Source: Selaginella moellendorffii
Taxonomy: Eukaryota > Plantae > Lycopodiophyta
Length of the DNA stretch: 64,000 bases
Assembly (NCBI RefSeq): GCF_000143415.4
Contig: NW_003314336.1
Coordinates: 658,853 to 722,852 of the forward strand
Reading direction: 5' to 3'
A program made the translations under genes and the position numbers. Below the pieces are notes generated by a model. It had not been told where the DNA came from, made no database searches, and was given only the letters and a program-made list of their open reading frames with translations. This document shows, piece by piece, positions 46,826 through 59,649 of this stretch (positions are counted from its first letter, which is position 1; each line of letters opens with the position of its first letter).

Positions 46826-49800
46826 TACTCTTTTTTTATAGTTGTTATTTTAGCATTACTGTCACATATTCTATTTTAAGAATATCCAATTTTACTTATA
46901 ATGGATGCTTCTAATCGGATGGACTAGAAGTCTAATGCTCCAAAAGAACAGTGAAAATTATTACATGCTGGAAAAAACAATGGCACCTCCTAAATTATAG
47001 ATTTGTAACTTAAAAAAATTTAGGTTTAAGGAGACCAAATTTATTGAGCAAGATCCTGTAGTTTTTTGCAGAGACCCTGGGTATTGAAATATGAGGTCAG
47101 GTATGATGAAATTGTAACCACTTTTCTTCTTCTCTTGTGCACTAATTCCATGTTGTTCTGCTGTAGAATTTCTATCTTTACAGAATTGAAAGGCAGACGT
47201 GCATTATTCTTGCAATGATCTAGAAACCTAAAATTTTGTATTTTATATCTGTTTTACAATTTTGGAGCCTATCAAAATATCCAGTGTTTGCTTGAAATTT
47301 CCCAGCAAGGAGCACACTGCCAATGCAGCAGCTTTGTTCTCTGGCACTCTCGAGTTATTGTCACTGCAGCCACTGATATGAACATGACTGGCCACTCAAT
47401 CGATTAGTGCAGGAGTAGCGTTAATGACTATTTACAAACAGAGAAAGATAGTAAATCCAAGAGAAATCCAAGAGCAATGCAGCTTTTGAGAAAATAAACA
47501 AAAGAGTCTGATAGAGTTGAGTATGTATGTCCCTCACTATCCAATCTTCTTGCTCAAAAGAACAAGTAAAGATGTAATTTCAATTATAATTTCAGGACAA
47601 ATCTGATCTGCTTGTTTTACAGCAACACAGCTTCTATGAGCTCATCACCAACAAGGCCAGAGGAAAGAGAAGCCCGGTAAGCCCATGGGTGCCTATCATG
47701 ACTTGACGCCCATTTGTCTGTTTGGATGATAGCTCTTTCATTTTGATGTTCATGAGGACATACGCACAATTGCTGACGCCACAATTGAGAAGGACGATGT
47801 ACCTTGTGTATATCAGTTTTGTATGCCAGTTGGTGATGCTTTGCTCATTCCCACGCTGGTAAGGTTGTGGAGCGGCACTGAACAAGCACATATTTCCTGC
47901 CTCGAGGTGGAAGATCTATGATCCCACAAAGAAGTAGGAGCGCTACACCATTCACAGGGACTAGGATTGCTTTTGTTTGAGACTTTGAAAAAACAATTTA
48001 TGGTTGTTGCCTTAGCATCGGAGAGAAGCCCATAGAATTAGAATGGGCGACGTGGTGGTTGTGGGAGGCAGCTCAACAGATCTCATCCCTCTGGTGTCCA
48101 AGGTAATCCATTTTCCCTGCCACGGTGACTCTCTGCTTACATTTCCCTGTCTTGGAAGGATGTCCCTAAAGCCTTGCTGCCCATCAGCATATGTCTCGGA
48201 CCTTTTGGAGGATAGCAATCTCAACGACATGAGTGTGGTGAGTTAGCCTCTGCACTTTGGTGCACGCCCTTACGTGTGTGTCTCTGCCCAAGGTGGTCAT
48301 GGGGCATGAGTCCGGTGTTAGAGTCAGCAGCTGGATAGCGGAGGCTTACCAGAGGTGAGCTGTGTAATTGGCAGCTTCATTCTCATTCACTGGGCGGGCA
48401 GGTTTCCACGGTCTCGGAAGAAAGTGGGACAGCGGACGTCCTTCGCAGTGTGACTCATCGGCTCAGTAGCGAGAATGTCTTGGTGGCCAGCGGTTTGCTT
48501 ACTAAGCGAGTAGGTTGTTAGCGGCAACATGGTATGCGATGTACCACTGGAGCCATCGCATCATCATCTTAGATCCGTCTGGATCCTCGGTTGTTTTGAC
48601 AAAGTCCAAAGGCTGTAGATGGTCAAGAGGCCGGAAAAACACCAAACTGTTTTTCATTAGAAAGTGGGAAACGTCTACCTCTAAGAAGCAAAGATCTGCC
48701 ATCGTTTTGCTTCCCAAGTGGTGTCGAAGTACGTGTGTATGGTAAGCTTACCCAGCTGTGACTGAACAAACTCTTTGACTGTGGAGATGTAGCATCCGTT
48801 CACAGGACTATCTTCAAACAGTCATATATAGTGATTTATTATGCACTACACTTTGTGATGTGTATATCATGCTAAAAATGTATGAACTTTAGTTTAATCA
48901 AGATGTCAAATAGCCTCATAGAACCACTACTAGTAATAGTTCTATTGTATAACTATATATTTTTAATAAGTGCCTCTATGTGAAGTGCAACACTGTGGAG
49001 TGAATACAGTAATGTTATATCATGAATGTGACAGTTTACCGGAAAAGAAAATAGCATGACCAATTTCCATGGACAGTGGAAGTTGCAAAATCAGAGGTAG
49101 CTAGTTGTCCATGGAACTCTATGCCTCATTTCAAGTGGCAGTGGCTTTGAAGATCCAGGTTCAAAAGACTATTAGTGGTTTTTTTGCACATAATTAAACA
49201 GTCATATATAGTGAATATATGTGTATAACTCTTTGACTGTGGAGATATAGCATACCTAAGATAAATAGATCTTCTTTTCTAATTTTACAATGTTAGAAAT
49301 TTTTATTTTATACAAGGTTAACTTTATCTAAAATTTGCTACTAGTAATGCACAATATTGCACATTAATGCAATTAATGCAATTAGATAATAATGCATGTG
49401 TTTGTATTTAGATAATAACACATATGCAAAATTGCTGCCAAGCTTTAAAAAAAATTAAGTTTTCACAAAACAAAGAATTATTGACTACCAAAGAATATTA
49501 GGTTTTGTAACTGGTTTGGTGAACTTATAAATTTAATCATACTGAGTTAACTTCATTATTATCTGAACTATAATGATGCTTTTAACATTCATACTTTTTG
49601 AAAGAATAATAGAACTTCAATTATGTATCTGGTTTTGTATTTAAAAACATACATAAGTAAATTTTCCAGACTGTTACAACATTTATATTAAACCTCTTAA
49701 TTATTATCCAACTTACTCTAATATATTATTTTTGGTATGCCCTCTTTTAGATAGATTTGCATTTACTCACATCTGAATACTTTTCCTATCATAATATGGC

Positions 49801-50459
49801 TTTATTGCTTTTTAAGCTAGCATAGTTGGATTCCTTGCTAATAAATTATAATATATTTTAATTTAAAAATGTTTTTTATGCAACCATCATAACTTTATTC
49901 TTATTTTCTAATTTATTTCTCTGTAAAATACTTTCATAGAGAAGATATTTTTTTATCCATGTAATTGCGAATAGTGTAAATAGGGAAGAGACCATTCAGA
50001 TATACCTTTTATCACTTACAAGATATATTTCAAATTAAAATGAATGATAATATTCCTATACAATTTAATTAGTCCTTCAAAACCAAAAGAATTATATGAA
50101 AATATTGTCTATAAGAAAGTTCTCTCATTAATACAAAATATTTTATTTTTATTCCAGTGACACTATGAAGTGAATATAGCTTATATGACTATATTATGCG
50201 ACTAGAACTATTATATAATACAAAAATATTATTAGTTCTATTGTATTAACTAATTTTTGGTCTCTAGCATTTCTTAGCACCAAAGGATCTAAATGGTAGC
50301 AATAGAATAAAAGTGTTATATATGGGACATGACAAATACAGGAATACTGTCCAAAAAGTGAATTTGAATATTAAAATATAAGAATTTATTATTAGGCTTG
50401 TTAAAGGTTATTAGTTAAAATCTAGATAATTTATTTGGTATTTGAAGCAAGAAAGAAAA

Positions 50460-51159
50460 TATAGTGAAGTTCAAGAACTAGTTTTGAAGGAACTTTCTAA
50501 TAGTGTTTCTAAATTGACTTGAAGTTGGGATTGGGGCTTGGAGGCTTTGGGTGGGAGTGAATACAGACTCAATGTAATCAATCAAAAAGAATGATTTGAG
50601 AGACAATCCATTTAATTCAAATATAAAGGGAAATGGCCTATTTTTTTTTATTAATTAAGGGTATTGGGAAACTTGGGGTTTAAATGTCCTTAGGTTTGAA
50701 TGGTACTAGATTAAGTGACCATCTAGAAAATCCAAATTCAAAAATTTACATTTAGTATGAAAGAGGGTCTCAGATCTTACTCTATTGGTTAGCTAAGGGA
50801 ATAAAAAACTCTACTATACTTTTGGAACCCCTATAGCCTCCTCCCCCGGGAGACAATCGCTTTAGGCTTTCATCCCAATTAATACTCGGGTAGTACTTGG
50901 TTTAGACTCGGTCTCAATCTCGATCTTGGACTCAATCTCAGACTTAGTTTCAAACTAAATCTTGAACTCAGTCTTGGACCTAATCTCAAGTCTTAAACTG
51001 AATCTCAAACTCAATTTCAAACTCAGTTTTAGACTCAATCTTAGACTTGGTTTTAAACTCGATCTTAGACTTGGTTTCAACTGATGAATTCCTTATTGTT
51101 CCAGTCGTGATTTCAGGCATCTTTTAACTCACAACACCTTGGGGAGTTGATTCCTTACA
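50460..51159. mobile_element. Mosaic of decayed LTR pieces: family A (+, 50460-50572), 5S-type LTR 3' half (+, 50573-50750), family A 5' part (-, 50760-51159)
   Basis: Homology by eye to 1440-1560, 40348-40541 and 1028-1480. Confidence 0.7.
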
Positions 51160-52985
51160 CATGGCTACTTCATGCTCACTCAACCTTGTTTTGTGTAGTG
51201 CAACACGCCTCCATGATGATGTGATAGTAATTGTGGTGCATTGAACCATGCATAAAAGGCAAAGCTGAAATGAATATTCAGAGACAGCTCTCTAAGGGCA
51301 AAGGTGAGAGTGGCAGGCCTACATTGAGGATGTCATCAAGGTTGAGGTCTTTGAGCTCATCCTCTCTATAGTCCTGATCAACTTGCAAGCTACCTCAGTT
51401 CTAAGAATCCCAATAAATCAATAAAATGAAAGAAGGGTGCTTGTTATCTTTCTGGAGGCCAAAAGAAAGAATCAATAATCCTTCTTCCTTCCTATCAAAT
51501 AAATTATTGGCTTCACCAGCTTAATATCATCTACATTCAAGGGGAACACACACAATAAGAAAGTCTCCACATACAATGAACAACTCATTCACCTTAACTT
51601 ATGTTCTATATATCATTCAACAGCCATTTTGGCCTTCATTGTCATTTTTTTTATTGTGCCTATTCCATGGAAAACATTTCTTGCAAATGTTTGCTTAAAT
51701 CCTGCCAAGAAAGATTAGAGTTCAGAGAAATAATTACCTCCAGGCACGGGATTGTGAGTGTTATTGTCAACAGCCTGGGTGAGTGACCTAGTTCCTTCTG
51801 CTCTGTGCCATGGGGAAATATCTTATAATTTTTAAAGACAACACTCAAGCATCCTACCCACTCTGTGTCTACATCTTACAAAAGAGACACCTCAAGAAGC
51901 ATCTCTTCAAGAAGTTATGACAATTAACGGAAAAGGGCCACTATGGCAGATGTTGTTGTGGATATGCCATGGCTTGCGCACAGGGACGTCACAAAGTTTG
52001 GGTACTCCAAGCCTTGATTGTCTTCCTCACCCTGATGATGCTAGGCTTTATTCTGACATGACCCTACAGTGAGATCTTAGATAAAGCTACTCTAATGCAC
52101 ACACATGCCAAGACAATGCCGAGTGTTTGGCATGGCATTACAGTGGCTGTAGAATCCCACGCCATAACTGCTGCTAATAGAAAACAAATATCACAAACTC
52201 TTGCTGAAAATCGTCAAGAAAAGAACCTACTTGAAAAGGGGCTGACTGTGGCGTTTGCTAAATCGCCCAAGTCTGAAGCAAAGACTGTTCTTGGCCCGGC
52301 TTGATCAGACTCCCGGTCACGAATCATGGAGCTAGATGTTCCTTTTCCCACATGATCTGCCACAAAATGAGCAACACAATGAACTCTCCACAATGCCCAA
52401 ATCAAGAATGAAATTGCTACTCTTTACCAAGGCTGTTGCTACCACCTCCAGTGCTAGCTGTAGCTGAGAGGAGAGACATGGCCAGAAGAGAGGAGAGCCA
52501 TGGCAATAACCTCGTGAGTACCATATCCTAAACAAATGAAGTAAAAATTTTCTTAAGTGTTCATGATTCTATGGTGCAGAGGAACAAGTAAGTAAATGTC
52601 CATCCAAGAATTCCATTTACCTTGTTTTGCAGTCATGCAAAAAATGTAAACAGGGGCTCATGCTTCCATGGAATTAGTGTTATGATCCGGCGCAAAAAGA
52701 CAAAGATCTAGTTGCCCTAGACTATGCTACGCCACCTCTTGAGGTTCCTCACCACCCAACCACCCCCGAGCTACCTCAAAAGCTCCACTGCGCCGCCGCT
52801 CCACTGTGAGCCCTAGGGTAGGTTTTTGTCTCTTACCCTAACATGCCTTAATATACCCTTGAGCCTCCCTTTGACCGACGTTGACCACGTAGTCAAAGCT
52901 GGCGCCTAACAATTCTTCCCCCCCAACAAAGTCCTTGTCCCAAGGACGAGTTGTACCGGTGATCACCCTTTCTGGGGAATCCTGC

Positions 52986-54899
52986 TCAAGCTCCTGGTCC
53001 ATCTTCCACAGCCGTATACATCAAGGAGGCATTGGGCCCGTCACTCCGAGATAGTACACCTTTCAATTGGCTGACATAAAATACTGGATGAATTTTCACC
53101 CCAGCTGGCAGCCGCACCTGATAAGCCGCTTTACCAATGCGCTCCAGCACTTCATATGGACCAGCATATCGATGGGAAAGTTTATCACTCTTCCCTGTCC
53201 GTAAAGGCACCAAGGTGTTCCGCCGCTCACTTGACGGAAAGATCACTCGCACAAAGACGAGATCACCCACCTTATATTCCCGGAATTGGCGATGCTCATT
53301 AGCAAACTTCTCCGCTCTATCCTGAGCTGCTTGCAAATTCCGTTTGCATACCACCAGAATCTCATCAAGTTCTGTGGCCAGATCAGCTGCCTCGGAATCA
53401 AGCTTTTCTTGAACGTCCTTACTCAAATGCAATCCCAACTCCACCGCTGTTCGAGGATGCCTTCCAAACATCGCAAAGTAAGGACTGAGCTTGGTTCCAC
53501 TGTGTTGGCTATTGTTGTAAGCAAATTGCACCAATGGAAGATATAGATCCCACTGTCCTTGCCTTTGACCAATGCTACAACGTAGCATATCCTCCACCAC
53601 CTGATTCACACGCTCAGTTTGCCCATCCGTCTGAGGATGATCTCCACTCGAGAGTTTCAAAGTCACTTGCATAGCCTTTGCAAAACTTTTCCAAAATCCA
53701 CTGGTGAACTTTGAATCTCGATCACTAATGATGTCCTCCGGCAAACCAAAATCAGGAAAAACCTTCTCCAAGTAAACCGCAGCCAAGTCTGAGGCAGTGA
53801 CAGTCTTCCGAAGAGCCAACAACCGCACATACTTCGTCAACCGATCCACTATGACCCATACTTGCTCCTTTTGCCTCTGTGTTCGTGGCAAACAAGTGAT
53901 GAAGTCCATAGAGATACTACACCAACGGCTCTGAGGAATAGGTAAAGGTTGCAAAAGTCCCCCCGGCTTCTCCCGTGGCACCTTAACCCGCTGACAAAGC
54001 TCGCATGATTTACAATACTTGAGGATATCAGCCTTCATATTCCTCCAATAAAAGTTGCGCTTAATCAACTCATACGTCTTCTTCCCCCCAAAATGACCGG
54101 CCTCTGGACGATCATGATAGTGGAATAAAACTTGAGTAATTAACGCATCCACCCGTGGCAAATAGACACGGCCATTGTAGTAGAGAATCCCATCCACCAA
54201 TGAGAAAGGAGCTTCCATCTGGTCTCGCAAAGAGGCCACCTCAGCATCCTGAGCCTGAGCATGCTCAACCAACTGCCCAAACTCGCTGACCACCTTACTC
54301 AAATGATGACAAAATCGTGTTCGTAACATCGTCACATGACAAACATGAGATAAAGCATCCGNNNNNNNNNNNNNNNNNNNNNNNNNNNNNNNNNNNNNNN
54401 NNNNNNNNNNNNNNNNNNNNNNNNNNNNNNNNNNNNNNNNNNNNNNNNNNNNNNNNNNNNNNNNNNNNNNNNNNNNNNNNNNNNNNNNNNNNNNNNNNNN
54501 NNNNNNNNNNNNNNNNNNNNGATAGTGCCGCCACGTCCGCAAAGCATGAACAATAGAGAGTAACTCTTGCTCATATGTGGAATAGCGTTGCTCCGCAGAA
54601 TTCAAAGTTCGACTCTCATATGCAATAGGCTGTCCCTCTTGCATGAGAACTCCTCCCAGTGCATAACCACTCGCATCGCATGTCACCTCGTAAGGTTTCG
54701 ATGGATAAGCAATGCGAAGCACTGGAGCCTCAATCAACAATCGTTTCAGCGCCACAAAACTCTCCTCTTGTGGCGTCTTCCACTCGAATGGCACATTCTT
54801 GCGTAACAACCGCATCAATGGAATAGCCACCTCTGCAAACTTATGCTGGAAACGTCGGTAGTAACTAGCCATACCAAGAAAACTGCGCAACTCGGCCAC
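52986..54899 (-). CDS. RT thumb/RNase H/integrase ORF (contains an N gap)
   Basis: ELRSFLG, CDASG, HHCC, SMDFI, SDRD, HPQTDGQTER, GPY motif; no chromodomain. Confidence 0.9.
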   Translation of the reverse strand: MAELRSFLGMASYYRRFQHKFAEVAIPLMRLLRKNVPFEWKTPQEESFVALKRLLIEAPVLRIAYPSKPYEVTCDASGYALGGVLMQEGQPIAYESRTLNSAEQRYSTYEQELLSIVHALRTWRHYXXXXXXXXXXXXXXXXXXXXXXXXXXXXXXXXXXXXXXXXXXXXXXXXXXXXXXDALSHVCHVTMLRTRFCHHLSKVVSEFGQLVEHAQAQDAEVASLRDQMEAPFSLVDGILYYNGRVYLPRVDALITQVLFHYHDRPEAGHFGGKKTYELIKRNFYWRNMKADILKYCKSCELCQRVKVPREKPGGLLQPLPIPQSRWCSISMDFITCLPRTQRQKEQVWVIVDRLTKYVRLLALRKTVTASDLAAVYLEKVFPDFGLPEDIISDRDSKFTSGFWKSFAKAMQVTLKLSSGDHPQTDGQTERVNQVVEDMLRCSIGQRQGQWDLYLPLVQFAYNNSQHSGTKLSPYFAMFGRHPRTAVELGLHLSKDVQEKLDSEAADLATELDEILVVCKRNLQAAQDRAEKFANEHRQFREYKVGDLVFVRVIFPSSERRNTLVPLRTGKSDKLSHRYAGPYEVLERIGKAAYQVRLPAGVKIHPVFYVSQLKGVLSRSDGPNASLMYTAVEDGPGA

Positions 54900-55429
54900 T
54901 ACAAGTAACTTGAAAGTGCTTTTCCATTACGACAAGCCCGCTTCAAAGATGTAGCAGAGAGCATAACAACTGGTGGTTGAACGCCCTCGCCAAACCACAC
55001 ATCTTTAACGCCACCATACTCCAGCGAGATACGCTTAATGCTCCACTTTATCTCTGGATCCACCTTCACCAACCATGGCATCCCAAGAATGAGATCCACA
55101 CGATGGATATCTGCGAGATAAAAAGTCTCCACAAGTGTGGTTTTGCCAACCAACACTTCCAGCCCCTCGACACAAGCATCGAAATGCTGAGCAGAGGTAG
55201 CTGCACCTTCCACTGTGTATGGAAGAACTCCACGTGTGTTCAGGCGATGCTCCGCAACAAACTTTGCCGAAACAAAGTTGTCATCACTCCCACTATCCAG
55301 TAAAATCCGCACTGGATCGCCACGGAACACGCCCTCCAGCATTAAAGCTGATTCACGCGAATCCTCAAGCTCCATCTGTTCCACACACAGTGGAGCTGTC
55401 CGGTCCCCCAAGTCACGAACAAACAGCAA
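54899..55429 (-). CDS. Retropepsin aspartic protease ORF
   Basis: ILLDSGSDDNFV and DLILGMPWL. Confidence 0.88.
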   Translation of the reverse strand: MLFVRDLGDRTAPLCVEQMELEDSRESALMLEGVFRGDPVRILLDSGSDDNFVSAKFVAEHRLNTRGVLPYTVEGAATSAQHFDACVEGLEVLVGKTTLVETFYLADIHRVDLILGMPWLVKVDPEIKWSIKRISLEYGGVKDVWFGEGVQPPVVMLSATSLKRACRNGKALSSYL

Positions 55430-56523
55430 GTAACTTGAAAGTGGTCGTTCTCGTCATCCTCACGCTGTAAAGCTTGCAACTTTTTAGTATCTGACTTACC
55501 GTGAGAAGATGATTGGCCATTCTTCTTGTCCTGCTGCTTGTTCTTCAACTGCGGACAATCAGCCTTGTAGTGTCCAAGTTCGCCGCAATGATGACAACCC
55601 TGTCTATAATTCTTCACAAAGAACTTCTGCTTCTTGGACCCCTTTGCATCTGAAGTAGTCACCACCGACTTCAACTTGTGATGTTTGTTCCCATCCTTGT
55701 GTCCACGGCGATCATCACGACGATTCTCGACAGAAGGACTCCGCGAACGCTTGCGAGACTTGTGCTTGTCATTGTCAAGGCGACGAGCCGCATCAAAGAG
55801 CTCCTCCAAACTCTTTGTAGGCTGAGAATGACGCAAGTGTTGCCGCATACTCTCACTATGGAGGCCATCAATGAAGTAGGATTTGTTCTGATCTGGATCC
55901 TTCGTTGGAACACGACTAATCAAGCGAGTAAGCTTCTCAATATAATCCCCGAGCGTCATTTTCCCTTGCTGAAAATGGCGAAGTTCTGTACGAGCATTCT
56001 CCACGTCGTAATGAGGGGCAAAACGTAAACGGAAAGCAGCCTCAAACTCATCCATGGTAGACACTGGTGGTTTCTTATCCGCAACACGGGACTCCTCAAG
56101 CCAATTCCACCATCGAAGACCCGCATCACGCAAAACCATCGGAATAGCCACTAAAGCCTCTGCATCTGGAGTTCCTCTAGCAGCCAAGAACTTCTTCACA
56201 TTGGCTAGCCAAGCGAGACACTCGTCCACACCACCATCACCGGAAAAGGTTGGAATCTTGAGTCGATCTACCAAAGAAGGCTTACTTGGAGCGCTACCCC
56301 GTCCAGCCTCGAGTGCCTCAACACGCCCACGCATGGTATCCATCATGCCATGCATCTCGTCTTGCATCTCTTGCTGATTTTTATTAAGGGCTCGCAGCTC
56401 ATGAACCACATCTTGAATGATCCAAATCTCCGCAGCTTCGTTGACACCATCGTCGGCACCACCGTCGGCACCACCATCGATGATAGGATTCCAGCGTTCA
56501 GCTTGGTCGGCCATCGCAACCAA
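55342..56523 (-). CDS. Gag polyprotein
   Basis: Retrotransposon gag FQQGKMTLGDY; zinc knuckle CHHCGELGHYKADC. Confidence 0.9.
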   Translation of the reverse strand: MVAMADQAERWNPIIDGGADGGADDGVNEAAEIWIIQDVVHELRALNKNQQEMQDEMHGMMDTMRGRVEALEAGRGSAPSKPSLVDRLKIPTFSGDGGVDECLAWLANVKKFLAARGTPDAEALVAIPMVLRDAGLRWWNWLEESRVADKKPPVSTMDEFEAAFRLRFAPHYDVENARTELRHFQQGKMTLGDYIEKLTRLISRVPTKDPDQNKSYFIDGLHSESMRQHLRHSQPTKSLEELFDAARRLDNDKHKSRKRSRSPSVENRRDDRRGHKDGNKHHKLKSVVTTSDAKGSKKQKFFVKNYRQGCHHCGELGHYKADCPQLKNKQQDKKNGQSSSHGKSDTKKLQALQREDDENDHFQVTCCLFVTWGTGQLHCVWNRWSLRIRVNQL

Positions 56524-58152
56524 TGCTCTGATACCAATGTTATGATCCGGCGCAAAAAGACAAAGATCTAGTTGCCCTAGACTATGCTACGCCACCTCTT
56601 GAGGTTCCTCACCACCCAACCACCCCCGAGCTACCTCAAGAGCTCCACTGCGCCGCCGCTCCACTGTGAGCCCTAGGGTAGGTTTTTGTCTCTTACCCTA
56701 ACATGCCTTAATATACCCTTGAGCCTCCCTTTGACCGACGTTGACCACGTAGTCAAAGCTGGCGCCTAACAATTAGCAATTTGCTGTGCTCTTTTTATTT
56801 TATAGATTGGAAAAGAAAATCTCCCTGCTACAATGGAGTTCTCCAGCAGCTTAGCACCATATGAATATCCTTGATTGAATATAAAATAGAGCTGTTGTAT
56901 GGCGGCTTCTTGAATCGTTCCACCACCATAAATCTAAAAACCTAAAATTCAAAACACCCTCTCTAACAGTTTTACCACGTGTTCACATCCAAACTATCTA
57001 GCAGAAAAGAATCTAAATTGAATATGTTGCCCTTGCTTTTTTAAATATAAAAAGACTAACAAAGACCCCCATAGCATACCCATAGATCTTCTTTTCTAAT
57101 TTTACAGTGTTAGAAATTTTTATTGTATACAAGGTTAAATTTATCTAAAATTTGCTACTATCCATCTCCAAAGTAATGCACAACAATGCAATTAATGCAA
57201 TAAGATAATAATGCATATGTTTGTGTTTAGATAATAACACATCTGCAAACTTTCTGCCAAACTTTAAAAACAATTGAGTTTTACAAAAAACAAAGAATTA
57301 TTGACTACCTAAGTTTTGTAACTGGTTTGGTGAAGTTATAAATTTAATTGTGTACTGAGTTAACTTATTAATTATTGGTCATGTTTATAGCCATTTGCTA
57401 TATTATAAATATTATAATACCTTTACAATCCCAAATCTTGGTTACCTCGAAATATAAAAAATATTTCAAGAAAACATCACATAAGAGCAACTTTATATAT
57501 CCTCTTAAAATAATATGATCTTGTATCTTCTTTTTATTTATTTCATGAAATACTTAATGCACTACTTAATGGAATAATAAAATTTAAGGAATATAAAAAA
57601 AATATAAAAAATATAAAAAATTAGATCTAATATGATACTATAAACAAAAATAATATAATAATATTTAATATTTGTTTTATTAAATACATTATAATAACAT
57701 TACCAACATCTAATCCAAATATAAAAGCTTTTTGTGAAAGGAAATTATAAAACACATATAATTCACATTTTTACAGCTGGAGTTATATTAATTTTAAGAT
57801 GGGTGATGTAGAGAAAACTAATATTGAAGACTAAAAATGAGTTGGAAAATTATTCATACTTATAAAAATGCTAATATTTTGACATATCCTCATGAATTGC
57901 TTGTTTCAGACATATATATCACCAAATATTTCTCTAAATAGTAAAAAAATAAATTAATTTCCAATGTTATTACTAATATATATTTCAAAAGAGTAGCTCC
58001 AGTCCAAGATTCAATCTAAGACTAATTCCAAATACTAATATAGGTCGTGGGGTGAAAGCCCAAAGTGATTGTTTCCTAGGGGGGCTGTAGGGATTCTAAA
58101 AATATAGTAGGGATACGGAGGCTTAGGAACCAATCTTGAAAGAATTCCAAAC

Positions 58153-59183
58153 TATCGCAAATGTGATTTTGGGTATCGAAAGTTATTTGTCGGCTAGTCC
58201 TTACGGACACTTTTCTTTATTATTATGACGGCAGGAAGGCGGTATTGCTAGACCCTTTATCAATCCCTTTTGTGCTAGTGGAGTTAACTGGGCATTTTGA
58301 GAGTACTTAGATTGGACGAATATAAGGAATGTCCTATTAGCTAAGTATACTTAGCTTAATAAGGAGTTTCCGTCTCATTATGTCTTGCACTAGTTAGTGA
58401 CAAGAACCCTCACGTATTGAGACTAATCCCTCAATAGTGCTAGATAATAACTTACCGTGTTAACACTCTCGCTATCATGCCTTTTGTGTTAGTCTCAATC
58501 CGGTCCTAAATGTTATTTATGGAAAGTGTCTAGATTTGCTTATTTGGCATATCTATAGAATGTAAAGATTATCTATAGATATGCCAAATAAGCAAACCTA
58601 GACACTTTCCTAGGGGGGGGGGGGAGGAGGGGGGGGGTTCCAAATGTATAGTAGGGATGGGTAAGTCGGGTATGGCTGACCAATTTGAGGCATAATCTAG
58701 CTTTTGTTTGTGTACTTGTCCTTATTCTGTGTCTGACTTGGGTTTAAGCCCAAGTTCCATACCATGCTAGTTGGTGGAGTATTTATATTCTTGTGTTAGG
58801 CCACCGATATGCTAAAATAGTGCTAAACTCCATTTGGCTCTATTTTGCATATTGGTTCTAGCATTAGGATGCTGGATGTTTTAAGACTGTTCCAAGTCGC
58901 TCTGTGCTTTTGTCCCTTCACTCCTTGGTTTAGGGAGTTGCTCTATGGTTCGGTTACATCATTCCTTGGCTCCATGCTTAAGAGTTTAGCTCCATATTTT
59001 CGTTCAATGGCCCAAAGCCTTGAAACTCGGGTCCGCACCATTGTCCTTTGGACACGTGGTATGTGGCACGTGGCATATGACACATGGCATATAGAGGGTT
59101 TAGGTTCTGCTTTATGGTTATCCTATGTTAAATCACCATAGGATAAAGGGTAAAAACCACATACCCTATATTTGGTATTAGAG
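58153..59183 (+). mobile_element. Decayed 5' LTR (family C, 58153-59170) with Met-type PBS
   Basis: Homologous in inverted orientation to 62861-63976; TGGTATTAGAG at 59173. Confidence 0.75.
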
Positions 59184-59649
59184 GATACGTCTTAGTGAGT
59201 ACTATCCAATGAGATTGGGTAACTAGTCTTATTGCATACGCAAAGATGAAAACGATGATCTAAGTGGGTACACGTTTGGGTGCAAAGGCTTCACATTCGT
59301 TCCTTGGGTATGAATTTTAGTTACCTTTTTATACCATATTATATGAGCTTGCTCTTGGGCTCATAGGATGGATTGAGATGTTCTGTTTGCACGAGTTTGC
59401 ACTTAGGCTCATAAATGAGGCATATTAGCAACTCATGGTTACACTTTGAGTTGACAAGATGGGTTTATGGTGTACCATTTTGCACGAGTTTGTAGTTGGG
59501 CTTCTGAGTGAGGCATATTAGTAACTCAAGGTTGCACTTTGAGTTGGCAGGATTAATGTTAGCCTATTGATGGTTCAATGAGTTGTTCTATGTACCATGG
59601 GTAAAAGTAAACCTCCCTTTGTATGCTATGAGTGGCAAATAGGCTGATC

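Larger units (their letters stand above)
52678..56771 (-). mobile_element. Young 4.1-kb Ty3/gypsy element lacking the RT core; LTRs 52678-52911 and 56538-56771
   Basis: 234-bp LTRs with 1 mismatch; perfect TSD ATTAG; Met PBS at 56525-56536; PPT at 52912-52926. Confidence 0.96.
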
